The notes beneath the pieces are model-generated. The model was not told the DNA's origin. It saw nothing but the letters and a program-made list of their open reading frames with translations, and did not search any database. Shown piece by piece: positions 8,578 to 19,970 of a DNA stretch of 64,000 nucleotides; position 1 is the first letter of the stretch; each line of letters opens with the position of its first letter. The position numbers and the translations under genes were made by a program. Origin of the DNA: a virus; the IMG/VR virus record IMGVR_UViG_3300012920_000029, positions 8,428 to 72,427 of that record. One strand, given 5' to 3'.

Positions 8578-11545
8578 AATTGATTTCAAAGTTTACATAG
8601 CAGGAGTGCTTGTACCTGCTTCTCAAGTAACCGTAAGTACCCAAGTACCGGGAGTAGCTACGGCCCAGCTAAGCTTACCAGCACATCCTTTAATATTTGG
8701 CTTAGGTGAGGGAGACAGACTACAAGTAGCTATTTTTTATTTAGATTCCTCTGACCCTTCGGGAGAGCTACATTGGAATTTGTTATTTGAGGGATATCTA
8801 ACTAGCTCTAGCTACTCAGCATCATCTAGTAATAGAGAGATAATTTTTTCGGCAGTCAGTAATATAAGTGCTATGGATTCACTTTTCCTAGAGTTTCTTG
8901 GAGGGAAAGGGAACGGAAAGTTAGGAAAGCCAGATAAAAATACTCCCAATGAAATTACCTTAAAAGGTAATTACCCTAGGAGGCTATTTACAGAAGGCCT
9001 TAATAATAAGACCTATATAAAAAGACCTTTTGATCTAATTGGAAATATTTTTTTAGCTACTACGGGTCGCTTTTTAGACAGAGATATAGCTAAGAAATCC
9101 ACAAAATCTTTAGATGTGTATATAGCCAAACAGAAAGATATACTAAAAAATAACCGTAGGTTAAAGCTAGCTCAGTTTAGTGGAGATGAGGCTCTCACAA
9201 AAGAGTTCTTAATAGCTGAATTAAATACATTAAAAGACAAATTCGAATCTCCTACGGAGAAATTAGAGGTGGAGGCAGGTATAGACTCTGTTCTTAATGG
9301 TTACGGATTTATAACAAGGGATAGAACCACAGAAGAATCTTTACTAGAGCTGTTATCAGGATTCGACGCTAAATACTTAAATACCCGAGCTAAAGACACG
9401 GTAGGTAAAAGAGATATATCTACTAGATCTAATGTTAACACTGGGTTTTTTGCTAGATACTTTAACCTAACCAAGTTAGAGCAGCACTTTGTACCAAGCC
9501 CTATAGTAGAAGGTATACCTGATGGCGACAATTCTAAATTACCTTCAGGAATGTTTCCCGTACTTAAAACTAGTAGGGGGAAAAAATACGTTAGAGCACT
9601 CACTAGGCAAACAGGCAGGAAGTTTGGTCAAAATGGTTCTGCTTCTGCTTTAATTAATAATTTGTTTACTATAATGAATTACGAATTACTAGATGTTCTA
9701 GCACCTGGGATATTCGAAGTAGACGATAACGGGATGCCAAAAGGTGAGTTTAATAAAGATAAAAAAAATAGTATAGCCCAGCATATAACAAAGCCTTTTA
9801 CTGCTTATGGTATACCACCTTCTTGTAACGTGCTATTTCCGTGCATGGTAACTTCTTGGAATATAAGCAATAACTACGCAGCCCCTCCAACTAGGGTTTA
9901 TTATGAAAGACGCAGTCAAGGACGTAAATTAGATATAAAGTCTACTAAGAAAGGCTATGCTGATCATGGGACTAATGTAGGCTACCCAGCTAAAGTAACT
10001 AGACATGCTCAAGATGCTAGCAATTCGAAGCGATCTGATATGGAAGTCCTAATTTTTCCAGAAGAATACTATAGAGGACCTAACCCACAATTTAACGAGA
10101 TAAATCCTTTTTTGTATGAGATAAAAAAGCAGGAGAATAGTAGGCGTATAGATGGAGTCACAAAAATTCCTAAAGACTCTATACAGCAACTTAGCGATGA
10201 TTCTATACCGGGAGACCAAGTAAATTTTTTAGAGGAAGCCCTACTTAAAGCTTCTGCAAAAGGAAACGATAGTTACGGCCTTTTTGTAAAACAAGCTCAA
10301 GTAGACTATATGAATGGCCGAACTATGGCTACTAGTTTATCAGTAAACTCTGTGTTTAACCCTAATATGATAGCGGGATTCAGCTCCATACTGTTTGATT
10401 CTGAGGATACAAACATACACTGTATAGGCTATGTTAGGCAGGTATCACATACTCTATCTGCACAAGGGATGGCTTCAACTACTATAGCAATGACTAATGT
10501 ACGAACCTTGAAAGACATGCTAATAGGAATACTAAATCAAGGTGCTAAATATATAGTACATCCTACGGAACCTTTAACAGAGGTCAGAGAAGTATTTCAG
10601 GTTCCTGAAGTAGCTAATTTATACTATAAATACCTGCTTTACTTAGGTAGAGAAGAAACCACTAACCTAGATAGTTATGAACTAGAATTAAAAAAAGCAG
10701 AACAAGCAGTTATCGATCAAGAACAGAATATAGACTACATAGAGACTGAGCAGTTAACTCCTGAGAATATGGAAGAAGTTATAGCTAGAGAGACTGCGGA
10801 ATTAATTGAGTTACAAAATAAGAGAGACGCTATAAGTGCTAAAATTGCTAGTGAAGTACAAGCATCAGAAGATGATCAGAGAGATACTTTTGTAATGAAT
10901 TGGCCTAAATTCTTTAATCTAACCACGGTTACTAAAAATTCAGAAACAGAGGTATCTCCGTTAAGTAACTACATAGGTTCAGAAAGATTAACTAAAAGCA
11001 AAGAAGAGCTAAGAGATGACTACAAGAAAGCGATCAGAGGGTTTTTAACACCTAAAAAAGAGTTAGAACCTTTCTTTAATAATTTAGCGGTAGCGGTTAG
11101 ATATACCAGACGGCCGATATGCACACTGGAAAAGTACATAGACTTCTATAAAACAGCCCCCGATTTTATAAACCCAAACTCAGATTTAATGGGAGGAAGA
11201 GGTAGAGGTACACGAGCTAAAAAGCAGTACTTAGATAATGAGAATGGACAAGCTCCGTACTATTCTATAATACGTGAATTTGTAGGTGGGCCAGGGGTAG
11301 AACCAGGAGCTACTATAGGAGATAGTATATTACGGCCTTCGGAATTAGCTAATCCGAGTCAAGCAGATTACCAGCTACTATTTAGAACTGCTGGGGTACA
11401 GGATACAGCTATATCTCAAAAAATATTTGCCCAGTTAAGAAAAGGGCAAAGAGCAACCGTGCAGGATTTACCAGATTTATCAAAAGATTTTCAAGAGCTA
11501 CTTCTTTTGTATAGCGATATAATTAAGACTAAAGGAGAATTATAA
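8558..11545 (+). CDS. Putative baseplate hub protein (gp27/GPD-like)
   Basis: N-terminal KVYIAGVLVP...; internal FNPNMIAGF...IGYVRQVSHTLS...TTIAM pattern typical of hub proteins; operon context. Confidence 0.5.
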   Translation: MANLATRIDFKVYIAGVLVPASQVTVSTQVPGVATAQLSLPAHPLIFGLGEGDRLQVAIFYLDSSDPSGELHWNLLFEGYLTSSSYSASSSNREIIFSAVSNISAMDSLFLEFLGGKGNGKLGKPDKNTPNEITLKGNYPRRLFTEGLNNKTYIKRPFDLIGNIFLATTGRFLDRDIAKKSTKSLDVYIAKQKDILKNNRRLKLAQFSGDEALTKEFLIAELNTLKDKFESPTEKLEVEAGIDSVLNGYGFITRDRTTEESLLELLSGFDAKYLNTRAKDTVGKRDISTRSNVNTGFFARYFNLTKLEQHFVPSPIVEGIPDGDNSKLPSGMFPVLKTSRGKKYVRALTRQTGRKFGQNGSASALINNLFTIMNYELLDVLAPGIFEVDDNGMPKGEFNKDKKNSIAQHITKPFTAYGIPPSCNVLFPCMVTSWNISNNYAAPPTRVYYERRSQGRKLDIKSTKKGYADHGTNVGYPAKVTRHAQDASNSKRSDMEVLIFPEEYYRGPNPQFNEINPFLYEIKKQENSRRIDGVTKIPKDSIQQLSDDSIPGDQVNFLEEALLKASAKGNDSYGLFVKQAQVDYMNGRTMATSLSVNSVFNPNMIAGFSSILFDSEDTNIHCIGYVRQVSHTLSAQGMASTTIAMTNVRTLKDMLIGILNQGAKYIVHPTEPLTEVREVFQVPEVANLYYKYLLYLGREETTNLDSYELELKKAEQAVIDQEQNIDYIETEQLTPENMEEVIARETAELIELQNKRDAISAKIASEVQASEDDQRDTFVMNWPKFFNLTTVTKNSETEVSPLSNYIGSERLTKSKEELRDDYKKAIRGFLTPKKELEPFFNNLAVAVRYTRRPICTLEKYIDFYKTAPDFINPNSDLMGGRGRGTRAKKQYLDNENGQAPYYSIIREFVGGPGVEPGATIGDSILRPSELANPSQADYQLLFRTAGVQDTAISQKIFAQLRKGQRATVQDLPDLSKDFQELLLLYSDIIKTKGEL

Positions 11546-12246
11546 TGGCTAGATATAATGCACAAGACGATATCAATGCTTGGCAAGCATGGAAGAGTTC
11601 TGGTGATAGACAAGACCTAGGTAATCTGTTTAAAAGGGTAGAACCCATAATACAAAAAGAAGTTAGTAGATGGTCTTCAGGGCCTGTAGCAAGACCCGTA
11701 CTTAACTTAGAAGCTAAGAAGCTTAGTTTAAATGCATTTAAAACCTTCGATCCTTCTAAGGCCAGGCTTAATACGCATCTTACTAATAACTTAAAAGGGT
11801 TAAGTAGGATAGTGTACACACATACTAATCCAGCACGTATGCCAGAACACCAAGTTCTTAAGATGAATAGTTTCCTTACTGTCAGAAATTCTTTAGAAGA
11901 GGAATTAGGAAGAGATCCAACTACAGTGGAATTAAGTGAAAATCTAGCTTGGAGCCCTAGGGAGGTAGAAGTTTATCAAGGACAGATGCGTACAGGGTAC
12001 AGTACTAGCCAGCCAGTTCCTCCAGGGTTTGAAAAATATGATTCAGATCGTGCTTTTATAGATTTTGTATATAATGACTTAGCAGATCAAGATAAATTAG
12101 TATTTGAGTATACTACAGGGTATGGGGGTAAGAGGGTACTTAGTGCGCAAGAGCTTATTAAAAAAACAGGAATGACCCAAGGTCAGATAAGTCACAGTAA
12201 AAGACGTATTAGGAGAATGATTGAAGAAGCTAGAGGTATACGATGA
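11545..12246 (+). CDS. Phage sigma70-family factor (divergent, FliA/SigB-like)
   Basis: Region 2 AFKTFDPSKARLNTHL, region 3 LEEELGRDPTTVELSENL, C-terminal HTH MTQGQISHSKRR. Confidence 0.75.
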   Translation: MARYNAQDDINAWQAWKSSGDRQDLGNLFKRVEPIIQKEVSRWSSGPVARPVLNLEAKKLSLNAFKTFDPSKARLNTHLTNNLKGLSRIVYTHTNPARMPEHQVLKMNSFLTVRNSLEEELGRDPTTVELSENLAWSPREVEVYQGQMRTGYSTSQPVPPGFEKYDSDRAFIDFVYNDLADQDKLVFEYTTGYGGKRVLSAQELIKKTGMTQGQISHSKRRIRRMIEEARGIR

Positions 12247-12665
12247 CGATAGCTTACGACACTATAAAAAACGAGTTAGAGCAAGTGTCTTCAACCAGTG
12301 AGCTAGTTAGTAAAATTAGTGCAACACTAGAGCTAGATTCTATCTTTACGGGATTGGCATCTACGGGTAAAGCAAAAAAACTACTACCGGACGCGCAGGT
12401 ATTACAAGATATTCATACCACTTTAAAAGCCTCAGTAGACACGTTAGCTACAAAAGTAACTGATGGAGATAAGACTTTAGAAGAAGCCTATTTGCTGCTA
12501 GATTTATATAATAGGTGTTTAGCAAATAAAAGAGACTTAGAAAGCTACCTAGACTTACTCTATCCTTTTAAAGAAAAAAACTTTGTAAAAGAGTTATCTA
12601 ACGTAGAGCAAGAAGCAAAAAATACCGCTAATAGTTTAAAAATACTGGCTTCTATAGGAGAGTAA
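12243..12665 (+). CDS. Hypothetical protein
   Basis: 140 aa, ATGA overlap with the sigma gene. Confidence 0.55.
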   Translation: MTIAYDTIKNELEQVSSTSELVSKISATLELDSIFTGLASTGKAKKLLPDAQVLQDIHTTLKASVDTLATKVTDGDKTLEEAYLLLDLYNRCLANKRDLESYLDLLYPFKEKNFVKELSNVEQEAKNTANSLKILASIGE

Positions 12666-12666
12666 A

Positions 12667-13131
12667 ATGTCTAGAGATATATCCACATTTCCTGAACCCT
12701 TAGAACTCTCTCCCGAAGAAGAGAATATTTTTATCTTTAGAGCAAACTCTATATCTTTTGGGGTAAATAGAGTAGGAGATCTTATCGGACATGTGAGTAG
12801 CTCCTTCACGGCACTAACTAACTTAGTATTAAAAATTTTACTCACTACAAAAGGGTCTGTACCTAGTAAACCACAAGAAGGTACAAACCTAAATAATTTA
12901 ATAAGAAACGGCTACAACCCTAACACTATAAATGAAGATGTAGCCTTAATTCTATTGGATACAGAGACTCAAGTTAAACAGCTTCAACTTACTAGAGCAG
13001 ATTCTGATCTAAAAGCTAAACTAGCGAGTTTGCAGTTAAGCGATCTATCTTTAGTAGCCGACTCTCAGCTTACACTTACTATAATAATAACCAATCAGTT
13101 AGACCAATCCTTAGCTGTACAGGTTAGTTAG
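12667..13131 (+). CDS. Baseplate wedge protein, gp25/W-like
   Basis: LKILLTTKGSVPSKPQEGT matches the gp25 LxTxxGxxxxxPxxG pattern; precedes a baseplate J-like gene. Confidence 0.65.
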   Translation: MSRDISTFPEPLELSPEEENIFIFRANSISFGVNRVGDLIGHVSSSFTALTNLVLKILLTTKGSVPSKPQEGTNLNNLIRNGYNPNTINEDVALILLDTETQVKQLQLTRADSDLKAKLASLQLSDLSLVADSQLTLTIIITNQLDQSLAVQVS

Positions 13132-13140
13132 GTATTATAT

Positions 13141-14814
13141 ATGTTCAACTCACAACTAATTAAAACATCAGACATTAATAGAATAGCAGCCTCTCTAAGA
13201 AGTGTTCTGAGATCTAACTTCTCAGACTTAAGTGTAGAGGAAGGTAGTAACATAAATGATTTGGTAGTAAGACCTATGGCTTATCTTGCAGCATTAGTAA
13301 AAACCCAAGCTGACGAAGTGAGATCTAGACTTAGTATAGAAGGTATAAAAGCAAGTGAATCTTCAGAAGCATTCCAAATGCTTCAAGATCTAGCTAGTAA
13401 TTTCTTGGTGTTCCCAAGAGAAGCAGTACCCGCTAGAGGGGTAATAACTTTTAAATTCTCTACTAAGACAGTTAGGACTATACCAAGTAACATCGTACTA
13501 ACTAGAGGAGACGGAGTAGTAGCCCTTAAACCCTTCGATACTAGTGATAATATTACAATAACTATAGATGACTACTTAGAAATTGAGGAAGAAGGTATTA
13601 CATATTACCTATTCTCCACACTATTTGAAAGCATGTTAGTACGGACTAATTTTGAGATAGGCGTGGGTACTTTTGATTCGTCTATAAGTCTAAGTAATTT
13701 AGTATCTATAAGTAATAGCACTCCGTTTATAGGACAAGATCCTAGTGAGTTTAGACAGGCTGACATCGAAAAAAGAATGGAGCTATCTTTAACTAGTAGG
13801 GGCTTTAGCTCAGATAAAGCTATAAGGGCAACTTTATTAGAGGAAGCAATACCTAATCTAAAAGACTCAATAGGTATAGGGGCCGGGGATAAAGAAATGA
13901 AAAGAGATATAATACCTAGCGGTATATCTTCTTCAGAATTTCATAGTCTAGGTATGGTTAACATAGTTTTAAAAAGCTTAGCCGAAGTAACCCAAGAAGC
14001 TATTACGGATAACTACTTACCCACTAAACCTATCTTAAACACTATAAGTTTAACTAGAGAAGGTAGCACTCTAGGCTTAGTTAGTTTTTTCGATTATAGT
14101 GATACCCAAAAAGTCAAGGTAAAGAGAACTTATCAACCCTCTACAGGTGTCACTACCTGCACCTCTGAATTAGTAGCTAACACTGCTTCTTTAGAAGCAG
14201 GCGAAGTTAGTTTAACAACAACAGAAAGCACTAGTGATCTTAAAAACGGGGTTGAAATTCAAAATAAGTTTACTATAAGTACAGCTAGCGGTGAGACAAA
14301 CCCTACCTCAGGAGAGTTTAGAATAGATAATAATATTACTATAGTTCAGCAGTTAGTAGATAGCAGTGAGTATAATACTTTAGCTAATAACACACTTACT
14401 ATGGCCGCTACTCAAGTGCAAATACTAATACCTAAAGTAAAAATTTCTGTAGCGGCAGGTATAGAAGTGTCCTCAATATCTGTTTCTAGGATTAAAAATA
14501 GAGTAGCATCTGTAGTTAATGAGTGGTCTAGCGATGTATGTATTAGCACCTTAGATATATTAACACCTATATCACTATCACTACTTGGAACCTCTACTAA
14601 TGTAGAGCTATCTGAAGGGGTTAAGTACATAGTCTATTTACCAAACGGTAAGGAATTACTATATACCAGTAACAGTAGATTGAGTGTAGAAGATACTTCC
14701 TTGCAATCTATACCCAATACCACCACAGCTACGTACTTAGAAAATCTACAAATAAGCGATAGAGTACTATCTTATTACGTTGATTCTAGTGATATACTAG
14801 TAGAGGTTGTGTAA
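13141..14814 (+). CDS. Baseplate wedge protein, gpJ/gp6-like
   Basis: DLSVEEGSNINDLVVRP, LASNFLVFPREAVPARGVITF and SISNSTPFIG are J-like features. Confidence 0.65.
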   Translation: MFNSQLIKTSDINRIAASLRSVLRSNFSDLSVEEGSNINDLVVRPMAYLAALVKTQADEVRSRLSIEGIKASESSEAFQMLQDLASNFLVFPREAVPARGVITFKFSTKTVRTIPSNIVLTRGDGVVALKPFDTSDNITITIDDYLEIEEEGITYYLFSTLFESMLVRTNFEIGVGTFDSSISLSNLVSISNSTPFIGQDPSEFRQADIEKRMELSLTSRGFSSDKAIRATLLEEAIPNLKDSIGIGAGDKEMKRDIIPSGISSSEFHSLGMVNIVLKSLAEVTQEAITDNYLPTKPILNTISLTREGSTLGLVSFFDYSDTQKVKVKRTYQPSTGVTTCTSELVANTASLEAGEVSLTTTESTSDLKNGVEIQNKFTISTASGETNPTSGEFRIDNNITIVQQLVDSSEYNTLANNTLTMAATQVQILIPKVKISVAAGIEVSSISVSRIKNRVASVVNEWSSDVCISTLDILTPISLSLLGTSTNVELSEGVKYIVYLPNGKELLYTSNSRLSVEDTSLQSIPNTTTATYLENLQISDRVLSYYVDSSDILVEVV

Positions 14815-17102
14815 TGTTTAATACAGATCCTATAGTAGCTACTTTACCCGATGTGTGGAAAAATTATTTTGAAGATTCTAGCATACTAAAAAAACTATAT
14901 TCTGTGTTAGGTTCAGAGATAGCAACTACCTACAAAGATATAGTAAGTCAAACAGCTAATTTACCTTTAGATTATCTAGAGACAACTTGTGATAAAACTT
15001 GGCGGCCTATAGACCTAGAAGTAGTTAACCGTTTGGAACTCGTTTCTGAAGATGGGGAAAACTTTTTAACCATTTACCCCTTACTAAGCCAAGAGCCTTA
15101 TCTAATAAATTGTGCTAGAATATATGCTTCCTGCGAATTAAGTACCATAAATTATTTAGAAAATAAGTTAGATTACGAGATAGTTAATTACCGAGATAGC
15201 AAACTAAAAGTTTTAGGAGATAGGTTTAATTGCTCTGAGTACTTTAAGACTACAGAACACTATATAATATTTAAAACTAAAGATCCTGCAGTACACACAG
15301 AGTGGCAGAAAGAACCTACTTTTGAAACACTGGTATTCAAATTTGGGTTTAAACTAACTAGTGTAGAAGCTACAACCGATAATTTAGGTTATTTAGAAGT
15401 AGGTGACATAGTAACTCTTAGTTCTGGAGGGATAAGCATTGATATACCAGTTATATATAGAAGTCAGAATTTAGACTCTTCTTATACGATTGCTCTAAAC
15501 CCGGCTTTATACTTTGCAGAGTTTGATGCACCGGTAGTAACTATTACTTTAGCTGACGGAACTTACTTCACTAAAAGAATTGATCGAGAGATACCTTTAG
15601 CTAGGCAAATTACTCGGGTATGGGGGTACAGGTGTTTAGTAGATTACTTAGAGCTCTTCAAAAGATATGGTTGGTTACTTAATAACACAGGCTCAGTTTT
15701 TAGCTCGGAAAACTATAGAAGCATCTTATCAGAAGCTAGGAATATAAGTTTAAAATCTCTCTCTAAGATAAACCTAAAAAGGTTTGGAACCTTTGTTATG
15801 GGGGGTCAGGAGGTATTTAACGATTACTCTGTAGATAACCCGGTTTATATAAACATACCTAACCAAGTTTATAGAACTAACCTCCAAGAGTATAAATTAC
15901 TTCCGACAGCATACACTAATTTTAAAATAGCCTATAGCGTACCTCTAGTTATTTCTAAATATGGAGAGCATTTAAAATTAAATTTAGCAAAATTAATATG
16001 CACCCCTTACACAGAGTTAATACACTCAAAGTTAATAGAGAACTCAGAAGTATCTTTGAGGACTAGCGAAGATTCTTTAGTAGCCAGAGTACTTCTAACG
16101 TTAAATAACGAGTCTTTCTTAGTTAGTAAAGAGCCTAGTTATTCTGAATCTTTAGATACTGCCAGACTTTATTTAGATGACTCTCAGTATTTATTCATCA
16201 ATAGCGCACAATTCTCACTAGAGAGTCTAGACGAAGACGTAGAATACTCTGAGGGCGAACTTATAAGTGAGTTCTTCACTATAGAGGACTACTCTGATGG
16301 AACTTCTTGGTGGAGCAACTCTAATCTTATGATCCCAACAGTTGTTTGGGATTCTGGAGATAGCGATAGACGTAGAGTAACTACTACTACTTGGCCCTAT
16401 ACTATAGGAAGTATGCCAAAGCATCGTATAGGTGATTATTTATTGGAAATACCAAATGATGTTGCTAGCACTACTTACGAGACCGCCTACAAATTGTTTA
16501 GAGATTTTTTAGTAAATAAGATAGCTTCTTTTAGATATACACAACTAGCTTTAAAGGATGCTAATGCCACCCCTAATCAAGTAATCGATAGTGTAAAGCA
16601 CTTGAAAGACCTATCTAAGTTAATAGCTGTTACTAATAATCACACATTAGTAGATTTTAGTGGGTTGCCAAGTGAAAGCCTATCTGTAACAGTAACTACT
16701 ACCCCTAGTGCTCTTCCCGAGTATATTAGTAGTGCTCAGAATACGGGCATAGGAAACTCCGATATACTTGCTTACATAACATTAAACACCACCTCTCACG
16801 GGGTTACTACAAGCTCATCCAATATTTCTATAAGCGGAACACCCGCTACCTGTTTAGCAGTAAACGGAGATACCTTAGTATTAAGTTTAGGTAGCGTAGG
16901 AATAAGTAGCACTTTAAACTTAACTATGCTAGATGTAGGAGCTAGTACCTTTATGATACAGTCAGGATTTATAACTAATGTAATAGGTGCTAATCAATCT
17001 TCTAGAGCAATGGTAGTGGGCAATTCGTACCCAGAATATCCTAGATACTTACCTATAGCACCAGCTACTGTAAGTCAAAACTTATTTATAGAGGTAATTT
17101 AA
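14814..17102 (+). CDS. Putative baseplate wedge/structural protein
   Basis: 762 aa, coupled to the J-like gene; N-terminal LPDVWKNYF. Confidence 0.5.
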   Translation: MFNTDPIVATLPDVWKNYFEDSSILKKLYSVLGSEIATTYKDIVSQTANLPLDYLETTCDKTWRPIDLEVVNRLELVSEDGENFLTIYPLLSQEPYLINCARIYASCELSTINYLENKLDYEIVNYRDSKLKVLGDRFNCSEYFKTTEHYIIFKTKDPAVHTEWQKEPTFETLVFKFGFKLTSVEATTDNLGYLEVGDIVTLSSGGISIDIPVIYRSQNLDSSYTIALNPALYFAEFDAPVVTITLADGTYFTKRIDREIPLARQITRVWGYRCLVDYLELFKRYGWLLNNTGSVFSSENYRSILSEARNISLKSLSKINLKRFGTFVMGGQEVFNDYSVDNPVYINIPNQVYRTNLQEYKLLPTAYTNFKIAYSVPLVISKYGEHLKLNLAKLICTPYTELIHSKLIENSEVSLRTSEDSLVARVLLTLNNESFLVSKEPSYSESLDTARLYLDDSQYLFINSAQFSLESLDEDVEYSEGELISEFFTIEDYSDGTSWWSNSNLMIPTVVWDSGDSDRRRVTTTTWPYTIGSMPKHRIGDYLLEIPNDVASTTYETAYKLFRDFLVNKIASFRYTQLALKDANATPNQVIDSVKHLKDLSKLIAVTNNHTLVDFSGLPSESLSVTVTTTPSALPEYISSAQNTGIGNSDILAYITLNTTSHGVTTSSSNISISGTPATCLAVNGDTLVLSLGSVGISSTLNLTMLDVGASTFMIQSGFITNVIGANQSSRAMVVGNSYPEYPRYLPIAPATVSQNLFIEVI

Positions 17103-17728
17103 TGAAATCAACTATTTCGCCTATCAAAGGCCACGTAAAAGTAGAGGTTATAGAACCTTCTGGCAATTCTAGAACTATGGTAGACAAAAAGAATACCTTA
17201 GTAAAAGAAGCACCTAAGGCTATCTTAGGACAGCTAGTAGCACCTACTCTTCTTTCCTCCAACACTACCTTCCCTAAAACAAACCCTGCAAGACCCGATA
17301 TTATAGCCTACTCCTCCGGACCTCAAAGCAATAATTCTATAGGGTATATGCAGTTTGGTTACTATGAAGACGGTGAGCCTATTGGAAATATTACTGTAGC
17401 AGCTACAGACCAAGGTATGGAATCAGCTAGTGACCATATTATTACAGAAGTAATAGATAGCTCAAACATACAAGAGTATTCAGTACAGTTTATATGTGAG
17501 TTTGAAGTAACTAACTCCACATCTACCCATAACTATATAGAAGCAGGTTTGTTTACCGTGGGAGCCAACTATGATTCAGGTACTTCCTCTTTAGTAGCCC
17601 CCTCTGCACTAGATTTTGATAGTGCTTCTTTACGTATGTTAGCCCACCAGTCGCATACAGCAGTACAAGCTAGTTCGGGAAGCACAATTAGGTACACCTG
17701 GACACTAACAATGCAAGAGCCTAACTAA
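17102..17728 (+). CDS. Putative tail-collar/fibre-attachment structural protein
   Basis: Pattern KGHVKVEV...KKNTLV...EAGLF...IRYTWTL is seen in baseplate/tail-collar proteins. Confidence 0.5.
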   Translation: MKSTISPIKGHVKVEVIEPSGNSRTMVDKKNTLVKEAPKAILGQLVAPTLLSSNTTFPKTNPARPDIIAYSSGPQSNNSIGYMQFGYYEDGEPIGNITVAATDQGMESASDHIITEVIDSSNIQEYSVQFICEFEVTNSTSTHNYIEAGLFTVGANYDSGTSSLVAPSALDFDSASLRMLAHQSHTAVQASSGSTIRYTWTLTMQEPN

Positions 17729-17738
17729 GGAGATACTA

Positions 17739-19445
17739 ATGGCTATAAATTATTCTGATGTTAACTACATAACAAACGGGCAAGCTATAACTGCGGATAA
17801 TCTTAATGCGCCCTCTGTAGATCTAGCTTCTAGATCTGTAGAAGTACAGAGAAATGCTCTGTATGAAGATTTCCTAGAAAACTATAGCAATAGTGTAAAT
17901 GTTCAACTAATACCTAGGATAAGCTCTTCTGAAGATGCTAGTTATGTTGAGATCAACTCAATGCTATTTGACGACGGTAATAACAACTATTCTAAATCTT
18001 ATTCTTTTGAATTAACTGATGCGGTGCTAAGCGTATACTCGAATAAATTTCCAGGAGCTAGGTATATTGTAGAAGAATTGCGTATCTCACAACATTTTAG
18101 TGATAATACCCTGGGAGGCGTCATGGGCCACTTCCGAAATAGTGTAGAATTACATGTTCCCGGAGATGGCTTATACTTGAAAAGACCTACTAAGTACGTA
18201 TCTAGCGTAACTGACTTTGGAACTCACGCAGAAGCAGTAATGCCTAATACAGAAGGTAACTCAGCAGGAAGAGCTTACATAGACGCAAGCCAAAACCTTA
18301 CGGGCAGCGTTGTAAAACTACCTCTTAGAAATAAAGTAACTTTTTCTAACACAGGGTACACTGTAGAGACTTTTATTACGGCTGTTAATTCAGGGACTTG
18401 GGGAGGCTCAACAATCAGTGGACTAACAGCTACAGTTGATGGTAGCAACGTACTCTCTATAGAGGATGATAATGGAGATGCTTACAACCTATATATAACA
18501 GGTCTTCAAAATGTTAAAGCCGAAGTGTACAAAGTATACTTAGAAGGTGGAGATTTAGTACTTGAGGTTAGCCCATCTACAGCCCCTATTTACCATCAGA
18601 TAGCCAGTACTGCCTGTACTAATATAGGGCTAACATTGTATTCGGATGACAATATGAGCACTCTTGCAAATTCGGGTACTTTGATTATAAATCAAGGAAG
18701 TGCTGAATACTCTGTAGGTTTAGTCGATTTAGACAGCTCTTTTATGTACATACCTCTGGCTAGATTAACTGAAACTAGCTTGATAATAGGTAACAGAGAG
18801 TTTTCCTTAGTTAGAAACTATATTTCAAATAATAGTAGTTATAGTAGCTCTCCTGAATTAGTAGATCTACATGGAGCTCCTATAGAGTATTTTGATACCA
18901 GCTTAAGTAACTTTGCGTCTAAATCTTACAAAGCAGATCTAAGAAGTGAACTGCCCATACCTAAAGGTAAAATAACCTTAGGTAAAAGATCCTCTATAGT
19001 AGAAGGCGCTCTGCAATGCGACTTTTCTAGAGACCCTAAACTACTTAGATTACTCGAGTTTAATAGATTAGCTACTCTAAACTTATTAGAAATTAGGGTA
19101 ACAGTGCTTACTGAGGTAACTACAAATTCCCCAGCTAGTGGCTTTAGAGTATCTAACCAACTTATAACTAAGAATTCTTCAAACACCACGGTAAATTACC
19201 TATACTTCGGGCAACTAGTTATGGGATTCCCAGTAAACAATGTTGACATACCTAGTGACTCATTAAGCAGTAAATTTAACGAGGTTAGTATAACTTCTAC
19301 TTTAGGAGTACTATCAGGTACTTTAACTAATTCTTTAAAAACCAGAAATACTGATTGTGTAGTAGAAATATACGAAGATAGTGGCGCAGAAAATAATGCT
19401 ATAACTGATGGAGAAGTTTACGTAGAACTAGACCTTCTTGTTTAA
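17739..19445 (+). CDS. Putative tail fibre/structural protein
   Basis: Ser/Thr-rich beta protein; N-terminal ITNGQAITADNLNAP; AGGAG RBS. Confidence 0.5.
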   Translation: MAINYSDVNYITNGQAITADNLNAPSVDLASRSVEVQRNALYEDFLENYSNSVNVQLIPRISSSEDASYVEINSMLFDDGNNNYSKSYSFELTDAVLSVYSNKFPGARYIVEELRISQHFSDNTLGGVMGHFRNSVELHVPGDGLYLKRPTKYVSSVTDFGTHAEAVMPNTEGNSAGRAYIDASQNLTGSVVKLPLRNKVTFSNTGYTVETFITAVNSGTWGGSTISGLTATVDGSNVLSIEDDNGDAYNLYITGLQNVKAEVYKVYLEGGDLVLEVSPSTAPIYHQIASTACTNIGLTLYSDDNMSTLANSGTLIINQGSAEYSVGLVDLDSSFMYIPLARLTETSLIIGNREFSLVRNYISNNSSYSSSPELVDLHGAPIEYFDTSLSNFASKSYKADLRSELPIPKGKITLGKRSSIVEGALQCDFSRDPKLLRLLEFNRLATLNLLEIRVTVLTEVTTNSPASGFRVSNQLITKNSSNTTVNYLYFGQLVMGFPVNNVDIPSDSLSSKFNEVSITSTLGVLSGTLTNSLKTRNTDCVVEIYEDSGAENNAITDGEVYVELDLLV

Positions 19446-19970
19446 TAACAGCTTAATATCTTTAGAGTTCTTATCGCCTACTTTTTTACGGACTTCCAAA
19501 GCAGATCTAGTAGTAACCGTTGGTGATAGTAGCAAGTCTCTACATAGCATAGCAGCAGCCCAGCTGTCACATATATCGGAATTACTAGAAGAACAACCCC
19601 ACTTAGTAGCAGCGGTAATCATGTCTTCTTTAGAAGCCGTACCTTTCCCAGCTAAAAAAAGCTTTAACTGAGTAGGCGGTACTGAGATACTAAATATACC
19701 AAGTTCTATTAGAGTCAATTTTATAACACCCAACACCTCCCCTAATATAAACTCTTTGTGAACAGAACCATAAGAAGGGGCCTCCATTACCCCCATAAAA
19801 ATTAGCTTACCTTCTAAAAAACTCTTTAACTCAGTATGTATATACTGTAATCTCTCAGCATCCCTTAGTTTACCTGGCTTTATGTGTAAGGTATCTGAGG
19901 AATCACTACCGATTAAACTAACTCCAGTACCTGTTGCACTAGGGTCTATACCGAGAAAGAAGGTGTCCAT
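19428..19970 (-). CDS. ruvC: Holliday junction resolvase, RuvC-like
   Basis: LGIDPSATGTG, MEAP, PPTQLKLFLAGKGTASKEDM, DICDSWA; GGGAG RBS before the ATG at 19970. Confidence 0.85.
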   Translation of the reverse strand: MDTFFLGIDPSATGTGVSLIGSDSSDTLHIKPGKLRDAERLQYIHTELKSFLEGKLIFMGVMEAPSYGSVHKEFILGEVLGVIKLTLIELGIFSISVPPTQLKLFLAGKGTASKEDMITAATKWGCSSSNSDICDSWAAAMLCRDLLLSPTVTTRSALEVRKKVGDKNSKDIKLLLNKKV